Positions 19,662-27,997 of a DNA stretch of 64,000 bases are shown here, in pieces. Positions within the stretch are counted from its first letter, which is position 1; each line of letters starts with the position of its first letter. This DNA comes from Candidatus Methanomethylophilaceae archaeon (GTDB lineage Archaea > Thermoplasmatota > Thermoplasmata > Methanomassiliicoccales > Methanomethylophilaceae). The position numbers and the translations under genes were made by a program. Location of the stretch: the NCBI GenBank assembly GCA_050944155.1, contig JBMNQN010000005.1, positions 7,390 to 71,389 on the forward strand, read 5' to 3'. Under the pieces are notes generated by a model. The model ran no database searches. It worked only from the letters and a program-made list of their open reading frames with translations, and was not told where the DNA came from.

Positions 19662-21598
19662 CGCCGGAAGACATATTCCCATATCCTTTCAGAACCGGTC
19701 AGAGAGAAATGGTCCGGTTTCTGTACGAAACCGCCGTAGTCGGAGGAGCTGCCGTAATAGAATCCGGAACCGGTACCGGGAAAACGATCTCTTCTCTCGC
19801 GTCTTCGGTCGTTGCCGCGGAAGCTGTCGGCTGCAAAGTAATCTATCTGACAAGGACAAAGTCCCAGCAGAAACAGATTGTTACCGAATGTTCCCGTATT
19901 TCAGAGAAGAAACCTCTGGTATGTGCACCGATACAGGGACGCAGCGTTTCCATGTGTCCCATGATGTCCGGCAATCCGGAGCTTGCTTCGGGTTCGCCGG
20001 AAGAACTTTCCAAACTCTGTTCAGAATACAAGAAAAAGGAAGACGGAATCTGCGCCTGCAGATATTTTTCCAACGCCGAAAACGCGGACATCCTGGATTT
20101 GGTTTCTTACGTTAAGGAAAAGCATCCGACGCAGGAGGAATTTTCGGAATACTGCGCGGAAAAGGAAATGTGCGCCTACGAGACCATGAAAAGGATTCTG
20201 CCCGAAGCCGATGTCATCGCCGCTCCGTATCCGTTCTTTTTCATGCCTCAGATACTTTACCGTTTCACGGAATGGACCGGTGTCTCTTTGGAATCGATAA
20301 TTGTCGTCATAGACGAGGCCCACAACCTTCCCGATTACCTGAGGGAGGTCATGACCTCAGAGTACAGCCTGGAAGCACTGGCACTTGCGGAAAAGGAGGC
20401 GAGGGAACAGGGCGACCCGGAAGTGGCGGAGGGTCTGAAAATAACCGACGTTACGTCCGTAATCGGAGAAATAATGAGAGCCGCAACGGAATACATAATC
20501 GAAGACGACGGTCTTATTCCTCCGTATTTTCTCCAGGACGAACTGATGGAACGTCTGGGCACAACGTCAAGAACCATTTCCCGCATAATTGATTCCTTCG
20601 AAGTTCTGGGCGAAATCATTATCGAGTCCAAAAAACAGAAGAAAAAACTTCCCCGTTCTTACATAGGGTCCCTGGGCAGGTTTCTCAGAAACTGGTATTC
20701 AACGGAGGACGGATATTACGTCAGACTCGTTACGGGCGGAGAAAATGTGAGATTCAAACTCTACTGCATGGATCCCAGAGAGGCGTCCCGGCCCCTCTCG
20801 ATGTGCCACTCGTCGATACACATGTCGGGTACTCTGGCACCTTTGGATCTGTACGTAAACGAATTGGGTCTGGAAGATGCGGAAACCCGTTTCTTCGCCT
20901 CCCCGTTCGACCCTTCCAACATCACGGTAAGGCATGTCGAAGACATTTCCACGAAATACGACGAGATGATCAATCCCGAAAATCTGGCTGCGCTGGAACG
21001 GAAGACAGTCGAAATCGTAAAATCAGTAAACCGTAACACCGCCGTGTTTTTTCCTTCGTACAGGCTTATGGACACCTTCATAAGGGACGGAGTTCCGGAC
21101 GGTATCGGAAGAGATATTTTCTTTGAACGGAGAGGAATGACCCAGACAGATCTGATGGAGACAGTGGAAGGATTCAGAAACACCCCCCAGAGCGTAATAT
21201 TCGCGGTCACCGGCGGAAGAATCAGCGAGGGCCTGGATTTTCCCGACAAAGATTTGGAGGTCGCGGTTCTGGTGGGAATTCCGTACCCGAAACCCACGGC
21301 CAAGCATGCGGCGTTTACGAGGTACTGTGACATAAGATTCGGAGACGGTTTCGAATACGCGTCGAGGATTCCCGCGGAAAGGAAGATGAGACAGGCGATC
21401 GGAAGGCTGATACGGTCGGAAAACGACGTGGGAGCCGCGATTATATTGGACAGGCGGGCGGCCGTCATGCCGGGCCTGAATTCTTTTCCCACGAAAACTC
21501 CGTGCAGGGACATTGCGGACCATTTCGAGAAGAAAGAAAAACACGCATCCGCACCCATCTGCGATTACGGAACGGGCGATATCGCTCGAAGGGGTTAA
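19643..21598 (+). CDS. xpd: XPD/Rad3-family 5'-3' DNA helicase (FeS-cluster type)
   Basis: 651 aa with Walker A ESGTGTGKT, DEAH box VIDEAHNL and four Cys of the FeS domain (VCAP...MCPM...CACRYF...CAYE). Confidence 0.85.
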   Translation: MEEKRLTPEDIFPYPFRTGQREMVRFLYETAVVGGAAVIESGTGTGKTISSLASSVVAAEAVGCKVIYLTRTKSQQKQIVTECSRISEKKPLVCAPIQGRSVSMCPMMSGNPELASGSPEELSKLCSEYKKKEDGICACRYFSNAENADILDLVSYVKEKHPTQEEFSEYCAEKEMCAYETMKRILPEADVIAAPYPFFFMPQILYRFTEWTGVSLESIIVVIDEAHNLPDYLREVMTSEYSLEALALAEKEAREQGDPEVAEGLKITDVTSVIGEIMRAATEYIIEDDGLIPPYFLQDELMERLGTTSRTISRIIDSFEVLGEIIIESKKQKKKLPRSYIGSLGRFLRNWYSTEDGYYVRLVTGGENVRFKLYCMDPREASRPLSMCHSSIHMSGTLAPLDLYVNELGLEDAETRFFASPFDPSNITVRHVEDISTKYDEMINPENLAALERKTVEIVKSVNRNTAVFFPSYRLMDTFIRDGVPDGIGRDIFFERRGMTQTDLMETVEGFRNTPQSVIFAVTGGRISEGLDFPDKDLEVAVLVGIPYPKPTAKHAAFTRYCDIRFGDGFEYASRIPAERKMRQAIGRLIRSENDVGAAIILDRRAAVMPGLNSFPTKTPCRDIADHFEKKEKHASAPICDYGTGDIARRG

Positions 21599-21623
21599 TA
21601 ACAGGAAGGCATTATCGCCGTTT

Positions 21624-21884
21624 ATGGCTATAACCGTCGACGAAGATGTTAAAAGATTCATCGAGGAGAGAGGCGTCGATTACAGACTGTGTACCGCCTG
21701 CACCGGCCCGGCTCTGGTTCCCGTAACCGTCAAAGGCCCCAAGACAAGCGATATCAAAATACCGATCGGCAAAAACACTCTCTATGTTTCCGCCGTCCAG
21801 GCCAGATACGTTTCCAGAATCACGCTCAGTATGCTCTATGATTCGGACGACGTAGACCACTGTGTCGCATTCCATTACTACTGA
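21624..21884 (+). CDS. hypothetical small protein
   Basis: 86 aa from internal ATG 21624 of track ORF 21513..21884; the upstream part overlaps xpd. Contains CTAC. No family recognised. Confidence 0.4.
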   Translation: MAITVDEDVKRFIEERGVDYRLCTACTGPALVPVTVKGPKTSDIKIPIGKNTLYVSAVQARYVSRITLSMLYDSDDVDHCVAFHYY

Positions 21885-21885
21885 G

Positions 21886-22512
21886 TCAGGAAATCCGGAC
21901 TGCGGAACCGCAGGAAGCGGAAGCAAGACCGTCGGTATCCGCGGTTTTATCGAATTTTCTTACCGATGACATTCCTGCGTTGATTACGGGTCCTTTCGGA
22001 ACGATAGTGCAGCCTTCGGCGGGACGGACGGATATTTCGTAAGTGCCGATTTTTTTGGCAATCTCTTCGATTTCCAGTTTATCCAGGCCGATAAGCGGTC
22101 TTACAATCGGAAAATCCAGATCCGCGCATTCCGCGCGTATGTTGGCGAGAGTCTGCGATGCCACCTGTCCCAGCGAATCTCCCATGACTATGGCCGAACA
22201 TCCGTGTTCTTCGGCGAAAAGTTTCGCGGTTTTCTGCATTGTGCGCTTGCACATAACGCACTGATATCTTGGGTCGCACGTTTTCTTTATCGAAGTCTGG
22301 GACGGACCGTGGGCGGCGGAATAAAGGGGCATTTCCTGTCCCGTTTCTTCCCGCAGACGCTCCGCCAGGTCTTTTACGTTGCGAAGTGACGACGAATCGC
22401 AGTAAGGCGAATTGTCCATGTGCAGCAGTATGACTTCCCCTCCGGCTTCTGCCGTAAGGTACGCCGCGACAGGAGAGTCTATTCCGCCCGAAATCAGGGC
22501 GACCAGTTTCAG
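21886..22512 (-). CDS. stand-alone ThiI-type PP-loop ATPase (no THUMP/NFLD domains); proposed CTG start
   Basis: The first ATG (22419) lies downstream of the PP-loop. The in-frame upstream codons read LKLVALISGGIDSPVAAYL (ThiI SGGxDS signature) with no ATG, GTG or TTG. GGGGAGG sits 8 nt upstream of CTG 22510-22512. CxxC (CVMC) and a further Cys (AEGCTIVPK) are present. Confidence 0.6.
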   Translation of the reverse strand: MKLVALISGGIDSPVAAYLTAEAGGEVILLHMDNSPYCDSSSLRNVKDLAERLREETGQEMPLYSAAHGPSQTSIKKTCDPRYQCVMCKRTMQKTAKLFAEEHGCSAIVMGDSLGQVASQTLANIRAECADLDFPIVRPLIGLDKLEIEEIAKKIGTYEISVRPAEGCTIVPKGPVINAGMSSVRKFDKTADTDGLASASCGSAVRIS

Positions 22513-22667
22513 GTTACGAACCTCCCCGGAGGGTAGGAAGTATCGTATTCCGATTCTTCTTCCTCGGCGAGCATGAGGTAGATGCTTCCCACCATCTCTC
22601 TGAGGTCGTTTATTTCGGTTCTCAGCTGCAGGATTTCGGCTTTGAGTATGTCTATTTCGTTACTCAT
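22509..22667 (-). CDS. 52-aa coiled-coil small protein, translationally coupled to csl4
   Basis: MSNEIDILKAEILQLRTEINDLREMVGSIYLMLAEEEESEYDTSYPPGRFVT. Its ATG overlaps the csl4 TGA (ATGA), and its TGA overlaps the CTG of the PP-loop gene (CTGA). It forms the tail of spurious track ORF 22509..23087. Confidence 0.45.
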   Translation of the reverse strand: MSNEIDILKAEILQLRTEINDLREMVGSIYLMLAEEEESEYDTSYPPGRFVT

Positions 22668-23224
22668 AGGATTACGTTTCCGTAGTCGTCGGCCAGCTTT
22701 CTGGACAGGGAATATCTGCATTCGGGACAGTACAGTCCTTTTCCTTTCGGGACCATTTCGGTTTTGCAGGTTCCGCACAGCGATCTGATCACTCCGAGGT
22801 GGGGGTCCTTGGTGGTAAGCTGGAGCGAAGGTGAAATTTCGGTTACTCTGGCTCTTATGAAATCTCCCTTTCTGAGTTCTTTTCCCACGTCGTCCGTGTA
22901 GCCCGGGGAAATCTTGGAAACGTGAATCGTTGCGTATGTGTCTCCGCCCACCTGTCTCTCCGTGCCTTCTTTGGCTACTACGTCGGCGGTTGCCATTGTG
23001 TTCCTTATGTCGGCAACCACCGCGTATACGATATCCCCTTCCTTCAGGATGTTGGGCGGATTGGGGGTTACCACCCTTGCGACGCATTCCTCGTTATCCA
23101 GAATCAGTTCTCCGATCTGGGATGCATATATTTTCCCGTTTTCCGCGAAGGTGCCGTCGGAAGCAAGATATTCTTCTTCGACCGCAACTTCGTCTCCCGG
23201 AAACACTTCGATTTTTCCTGTCAT
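22664..23224 (-). CDS. csl4: exosome complex RNA-binding subunit Csl4
   Basis: 186 aa with an N-terminal domain, an S1 domain and a C-terminal Zn ribbon (CGTCKTEM...CPECR). Confidence 0.9.
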   Translation of the reverse strand: MTGKIEVFPGDEVAVEEEYLASDGTFAENGKIYASQIGELILDNEECVARVVTPNPPNILKEGDIVYAVVADIRNTMATADVVAKEGTERQVGGDTYATIHVSKISPGYTDDVGKELRKGDFIRARVTEISPSLQLTTKDPHLGVIRSLCGTCKTEMVPKGKGLYCPECRYSLSRKLADDYGNVIL

Positions 23225-23231
23225 AATAAAA

Positions 23232-23906
23232 TCACCTTATGTTGACCGCAGCCATCTCTATGCTGCGTTTCGCTTCTCTGTGAAATACGAAAGTATGAGG
23301 AATATCATACTTATAAACTTTACAAAGCGACGCCTTTCTGCCCTTCTTTCCGCAGTACTCTTCCACGAAGGGAAAAGTTTCGGCCTTGTGTAGAGAATAC
23401 ACGCATTCGGCGCATTCCATTGCCTTGTCCAGAAAAGGTCTGTCCGCCCTTCTCGTCTGGCAGCCGAACGGCGGATTCATGAAAACCGTGTCCGCACCTT
23501 CGGAGACATCGGATACGTCCGAAACAACGAATTCTATGTCCGCGCCGGCGGAGACTGCATTCTTTTTTGCCGTCTCTATCGCCTTTTCCGAAACGTCGAA
23601 ACCGATAACCAGTCCGGCGCCCAGGAGGGCGGCTCCGACGGCGAAGATTCCTGTTCCGCATCCCAGGTCGATCACTTTCATGCCTTCCACGTCTCCGTCG
23701 GAATACGCGCGGAAGAGAATGTCCGCGGCCACCGAAGCAGGAGTGGGATACTGTTCCAGACGGGGATCGGGGTCGGAAAAAGCCTCCAGTTTTCCGAGAG
23801 CGATTTCCAGATCTTTCTTTTTCACGGAACCCGAATGTACGCGGAGATAATCATAGTTCTCCCCGGGCGTATCATTTTCACGGTTGGTTATTTGATTCAC
23901 ATTCAA
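23232..23906 (-). CDS. METTL5-like RNA N6-adenine methyltransferase (COG2263)
   Basis: 224 aa with LEQYPTPA, SAM motif VIDLGCGTGIFAVGA and catalytic NPPFG. Adjacency to csl4 is the classical neighbourhood. Confidence 0.8.
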   Translation of the reverse strand: MNVNQITNRENDTPGENYDYLRVHSGSVKKKDLEIALGKLEAFSDPDPRLEQYPTPASVAADILFRAYSDGDVEGMKVIDLGCGTGIFAVGAALLGAGLVIGFDVSEKAIETAKKNAVSAGADIEFVVSDVSDVSEGADTVFMNPPFGCQTRRADRPFLDKAMECAECVYSLHKAETFPFVEEYCGKKGRKASLCKVYKYDIPHTFVFHREAKRSIEMAAVNIR

Positions 23907-24034
23907 TCATTAAAACGGGAAATCGTTAGACATTTGTCTATTCCATCCTTAAAAATAAGCCGTTCATGGGCATATTTAAATCGTGAAAATATATCACACA
24001 TCAAGACAGCGGGAAGGCTGCCGGAGGAAATCCA

Positions 24035-25639
24035 ATGTATACAATCGAAAATTCCAAATCGACAACGGAAACCACCACGAGGGCCAAAGATGTGTGTCCC
24101 ACCAACGGAATGTGCCCCGTGTGCATCGAAGACTGTCCCGTTATGTGCGAAGTAAGCAAAGGCGCGATCAGAGGAAGAGAGGTTCTCTACCCCAGCCCGG
24201 AGCATTTCGGAAAAAGCACGGCCGCGTCCAACAAGGATTACTTCCTGGACTGGTCCCATTTCCAGATAATGTCCGAACTTCTCGGAGCCAAAGGCATAGA
24301 GCCGGATTCCAATCTGGCATTCTTCGAAAACGCAAAAATCGATACGGTCGTGGGTTCCAGAGGAAAGAACCCCATCAAGATGGCCGTACCGGTTCACATC
24401 GCCGGACTGGGATCCACCGCGGTAGCCAAAAAGAATTGGAAGGAGCTCGCTTCCGGCGCGGCGATGGCGGGAGTGTGCCAGGTAATAGGAGAAAACGTCT
24501 GCGGAATGGACAGTGCAGCGGTATATTCCGGCGGTAAAGTTCAGAGTTCCGAAGACCTCGCATTCCGCGTATCTTCATACACCGACTTCTGGGACGGCGA
24601 ACACGGATGCATAGTCGTTCAGACCAACGTGGAAGACCGCAAGGGAGGCGTGGACGAGTATGCACTTTCCAAACTCAACGTGGACGTAATCGAAAGGAAA
24701 TGGGGACAGGGTGCTAAAGCCATCGGAGGGGAAGTAAGACTTTCCACTCTCGAGAGAGCCCTGGAACTCAAGGCCCGCGGCTACATCGTCATGCCGGACC
24801 CCGAAGACCCGTCCGTTCAGGAGGCCTTCAAAGCCGGAGTTTTCAAAACCTTCGAGAGACACAGCCGCGTAGGCTTCCCGGAGCACGATTCCTTCGTCGA
24901 AGACGTGGAAAATCTCAGATCCATGGGCGCCAAGAACGTTTTCCTCAAAACAGGAGCCTACAAACCCGAAGCCGTGGCATTCACGATGAAAGTCGCTTCG
25001 GAAGCTAAGCTGGATCTCGTTACGTTCGATGCTGCCGGAGGCGGAACGGGCATGTCCCCCGTTATGCACATGAATGAACTGAGCACTCCCACCATATGGC
25101 TGTACTCTCAGGTAATGCAATGTGCCAGAGTTCTGAAGGAGAGCGGAAGGTTTGTTCCCGACATATCCTTCGCGGGAGGATTCATCAACGAGTCCCAGAT
25201 GTACAAAGCATTTGCCCTTTCCGATATGGGAGACGGGCCCGTGTGCAAATCCATAGGAATGGCCCGCGCTCCGCTTACGGCAGCGATGAAAGGAAAGCAT
25301 TATGCCAAACTGTCCGCGGAATCCAAACTTCCCGCCAACTTCGTAAAGCAGTACGGCAGCGACCCGTTCACGTACATGATCGAAGCGAAATCCCTGGCCG
25401 AAAAATACCCGGACCTGGAACTGGGCAAGGACATCCCGTGGGGAGGCGTGGCCCTTTACACATATCTGCACGACAGAATCGGAGAGGGTCTCAAACAGCT
25501 GATGGCGGGCACCCGCAGATTCACTCTGGAATCCATCGAGTACGAAGACATCGTAGCTCTCACGGAAATAGCCAGCAGGGTTACCGGCGTGGAGACCCTG
25601 GAAGGCAGAGCCGCCCGCGTGATGAAAGAATTCCTTTGA
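24035..25639 (+). CDS. archaeal glutamate-synthase-related FMN/FeS protein (GltB domain-2 type with N-terminal Cys cluster)
   Basis: 534 aa with N-terminal CPTNGMCPVCIEDCPVMCE and a TIM-barrel GltS FMN-domain pattern (ERKWGQGAKAIGGE, FDAAGGGTGMSP). SD GGAGG lies 7 nt before the ATG. Confidence 0.7.
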   Translation: MYTIENSKSTTETTTRAKDVCPTNGMCPVCIEDCPVMCEVSKGAIRGREVLYPSPEHFGKSTAASNKDYFLDWSHFQIMSELLGAKGIEPDSNLAFFENAKIDTVVGSRGKNPIKMAVPVHIAGLGSTAVAKKNWKELASGAAMAGVCQVIGENVCGMDSAAVYSGGKVQSSEDLAFRVSSYTDFWDGEHGCIVVQTNVEDRKGGVDEYALSKLNVDVIERKWGQGAKAIGGEVRLSTLERALELKARGYIVMPDPEDPSVQEAFKAGVFKTFERHSRVGFPEHDSFVEDVENLRSMGAKNVFLKTGAYKPEAVAFTMKVASEAKLDLVTFDAAGGGTGMSPVMHMNELSTPTIWLYSQVMQCARVLKESGRFVPDISFAGGFINESQMYKAFALSDMGDGPVCKSIGMARAPLTAAMKGKHYAKLSAESKLPANFVKQYGSDPFTYMIEAKSLAEKYPDLELGKDIPWGGVALYTYLHDRIGEGLKQLMAGTRRFTLESIEYEDIVALTEIASRVTGVETLEGRAARVMKEFL

Positions 25640-25761
25640 AACGGTATCGCGGGACGTCCTCCGGGACGCCCGCGTACCGGCGATGGCTAGATATTTGTAC
25701 GGATAGCGTATAGGGGTCATGCAACCCATCGGACTTGCGTATCTGAAGGGGAGGAATTCAG

Positions 25762-27309
25762 CTGGTAAAGATTAAGAGAGCGGTTATCAGTGTTTCCGAC
25801 AAAACCGGCATTGTCGATTTTGCCGGAGAACTGTCGTCGTCCGGCGCGGAGATAATTTCCACCGGCGGTACCTACAAACTTTTGAAAGAGAACGGAATAA
25901 ATGCGTCGGAAGTTTCGGACGTTACGGGATTCCCGGAAATGCTGGACGGGCGCGTCAAGACGCTGCACCCGAAGATTCATGCAGGCATTCTTGCGAGAAG
26001 GGATATTCCCGAGCACATGAAAGCCATCAAAGACATGGCCATCGAAGCCATCGACATGGTCGTCATCAACCTCTATCCATTCAAGGAGACCGTGAAGAGC
26101 GGAGCATCCTTCGAAGACGTAGTCGAAAACATCGACATAGGCGGTCCCAGCATGATAAGGGCGGCCGCCAAGAATTACAAATCCGTAGCCGTGGTAACTA
26201 ACCCGAAACAGTATCCCGGCATACTCGAAGAAATCAAAGAAAAAGGAGAGATTTCCGAACCGACGCTGGGAAAGCTCATGGCCGAAGCCTTCTCCGTCAC
26301 CGCCGAATACGATGCAATGATCGCTTCGAGAATGTACGGAAAATTCTGCGAAGGATTCCCCGATTTCTTCCCTCTGCCCAACGAAAAGGTCGGCGACCTG
26401 AGATACGGCGAGAACCCTAACCAGAAAGCCGCTTTTTACATGGATCCGTTCACCGAAGGAAACACCGTTGCGAAGATGAAGCAGCTCCACGGAAAGGAAC
26501 TCTCTTACAATAACATCCTGGATATGGACAAGGCGCTGGATATCGTAACGGACTTCGAAAAACCCACCGCGGTGATAATGAAACACACCAACCCCTGCGG
26601 TCTCGCTTCGGCCGCCACGATAAAGGAAGCTTTCGTAACAGCCTACGCCGTCGACCCCCTTTCCGCTTTCGGATGCGTCATCGCTCTGAACAGGGAATGC
26701 GATACGGAAACGGCCCAGGAGATGTCCAAACATTTCATCGAAGTCGTCGTGGCTCCGGATTTCTCTCCCGAAGCCTACGAGATTCTGTGCAAAAAGAAGA
26801 ACATAAGACTCATGAAGGCGGGAGCCCCGATAGGACCTGCTTACAGAAAACGGGAATTCAAGATGAAAAAGGTCCAGGGCGGACTGCTGGTTCAGACCGA
26901 CGAAGACGTTCCCGTGGACAGAAGCAATCTCAGGGTCATATCCGAGCGCGCCCCCACCGAGGAAGAGATCGACGCGATGCTGTTCGCCTGGAAACTGGTG
27001 AAGCACGTGACTTCCAACAGCGTGGTTTACGTCAAAGGCGAAAGAGCCGTAGGAATCGGAGCGGGTCAGATGAGCCGCGTCGATTCGGCCAAAATCGCGA
27101 CGATGAAAGCGAACGAACCCACCGAGGGGTGCGTCATGGCATCCGATGCGTTCTTCCCCTTCAGGGACGGAGTCGACGAAGCCGCACAGGCCGGCGTTAC
27201 CGCAATAATACAGCCCGGCGGTTCCATAAGGGACCAGGAAGTAATCGACGCGGTGAACGAACACGGAATGGCGATGGTTTTCACCGGATGCCGCGTGTTC
27301 AGACACTGA
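25762..27309 (+). CDS. purH: bifunctional IMP cyclohydrolase / AICAR formyltransferase; proposed CTG start
   Basis: Track ORF starts at TTG 25882, but the in-frame upstream codons encode the conserved PurH N-terminus (VKIKRAVISVSDKTGIVDFAGELSSSGAEIISTGGTYKLL). An in-frame TGA at 25744 is followed by no ATG, GTG or TTG. GGGGAGG 25748-25754 sits 7 nt before CTG 25762. Confidence 0.85.
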   Translation: MVKIKRAVISVSDKTGIVDFAGELSSSGAEIISTGGTYKLLKENGINASEVSDVTGFPEMLDGRVKTLHPKIHAGILARRDIPEHMKAIKDMAIEAIDMVVINLYPFKETVKSGASFEDVVENIDIGGPSMIRAAAKNYKSVAVVTNPKQYPGILEEIKEKGEISEPTLGKLMAEAFSVTAEYDAMIASRMYGKFCEGFPDFFPLPNEKVGDLRYGENPNQKAAFYMDPFTEGNTVAKMKQLHGKELSYNNILDMDKALDIVTDFEKPTAVIMKHTNPCGLASAATIKEAFVTAYAVDPLSAFGCVIALNRECDTETAQEMSKHFIEVVVAPDFSPEAYEILCKKKNIRLMKAGAPIGPAYRKREFKMKKVQGGLLVQTDEDVPVDRSNLRVISERAPTEEEIDAMLFAWKLVKHVTSNSVVYVKGERAVGIGAGQMSRVDSAKIATMKANEPTEGCVMASDAFFPFRDGVDEAAQAGVTAIIQPGGSIRDQEVIDAVNEHGMAMVFTGCRVFRH

Positions 27310-27504
27310 TCAGAGATCGTCCGGATCGTCCGGTATAATGGGCTGTCCAGCGGCCTTGCGCTTCATGTGGCCGCCGGGGCCTCCTCTTGCTTCGAAGGCT
27401 TTGTTCAGACATTCCTCTTCTTCGCAGACGAATGCCGCGAAGGCAAAACCCTTGGCGGGTTTGCCGCAGAACTGACACTTGTACTCGCTGAAGTCCATGG
27501 TCAT
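27310..27504 (-). CDS. small Cys-rich (zinc-ribbon-like) protein
   Basis: 64 aa with CQFCGK...CEEEEC. It exactly fills the gap between purH and the hdrC-like gene. Not recognised as a known family. Confidence 0.45.
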   Translation of the reverse strand: MTMDFSEYKCQFCGKPAKGFAFAAFVCEEEECLNKAFEARGGPGGHMKRKAAGQPIIPDDPDDL

Positions 27505-27568
27505 GAGAGGGTGGATTCGATTTCGGGGTAAATAAGTGTTCTTTATAGTTCCGAGGAGATTCGTTTCT

Positions 27569-27997
27569 ATGGACCTGCGGGAGATAGCCGGAATTTACGG
27601 ATTGGAGAGATGCATAGGGTGCCGTTCGTGTACCAAGAACTGCCCCAGCGCAAGGCACGGAGGCATAGTTCCGGACGAAACAATCAAGTCGGTAAGGGAA
27701 GGAACCTACGACGGGGATCCGTGGAAATGTCTGCAGTGCCACAGGTGCAGTGCCGCGTGTCCGAAGAAGATCGACGTGGCATCCGTAATCATACGCCTTC
27801 GCAGAATACAGACCGAAGCGGGAAACGTTCCCGAAAGGTTCCGGAGAGTCGGAAAAGTTTATTCGGAAACCGGCGGAACCATGAATGTTTCCCCGTCGGC
27901 CGACAGGAACCGCGGGATCCTGGGACTGGAGCCTCTGTGCGGAAGAACCGACATTCCGAAAAAGGCCGCGAAAATGGGCGGGAGGGAATCTCCGTGA
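27569..27997 (+). CDS. HdrC-like 2x[4Fe-4S] protein
   Basis: Starts at ATG 27569 (MDLREIAG...), with a GAGGAG SD upstream. Two motifs: CIGCRSCTKNCP and CLQCHRCSAACP. Confidence 0.7.
   Translation: MDLREIAGIYGLERCIGCRSCTKNCPSARHGGIVPDETIKSVREGTYDGDPWKCLQCHRCSAACPKKIDVASVIIRLRRIQTEAGNVPERFRRVGKVYSETGGTMNVSPSADRNRGILGLEPLCGRTDIPKKAAKMGGRESP

Noticed and set aside
25649-25673. GC-rich hairpin GCGGG-A-CGTCC-TCCG-GGACG-CCCGC after the gltB-like gene, considered as a terminator.
   Set aside because: The structure is real in the sequence, but no T-run follows it and the purH promoter and SD lie close by. There is not enough support to call it a terminator rather than incidental structure.
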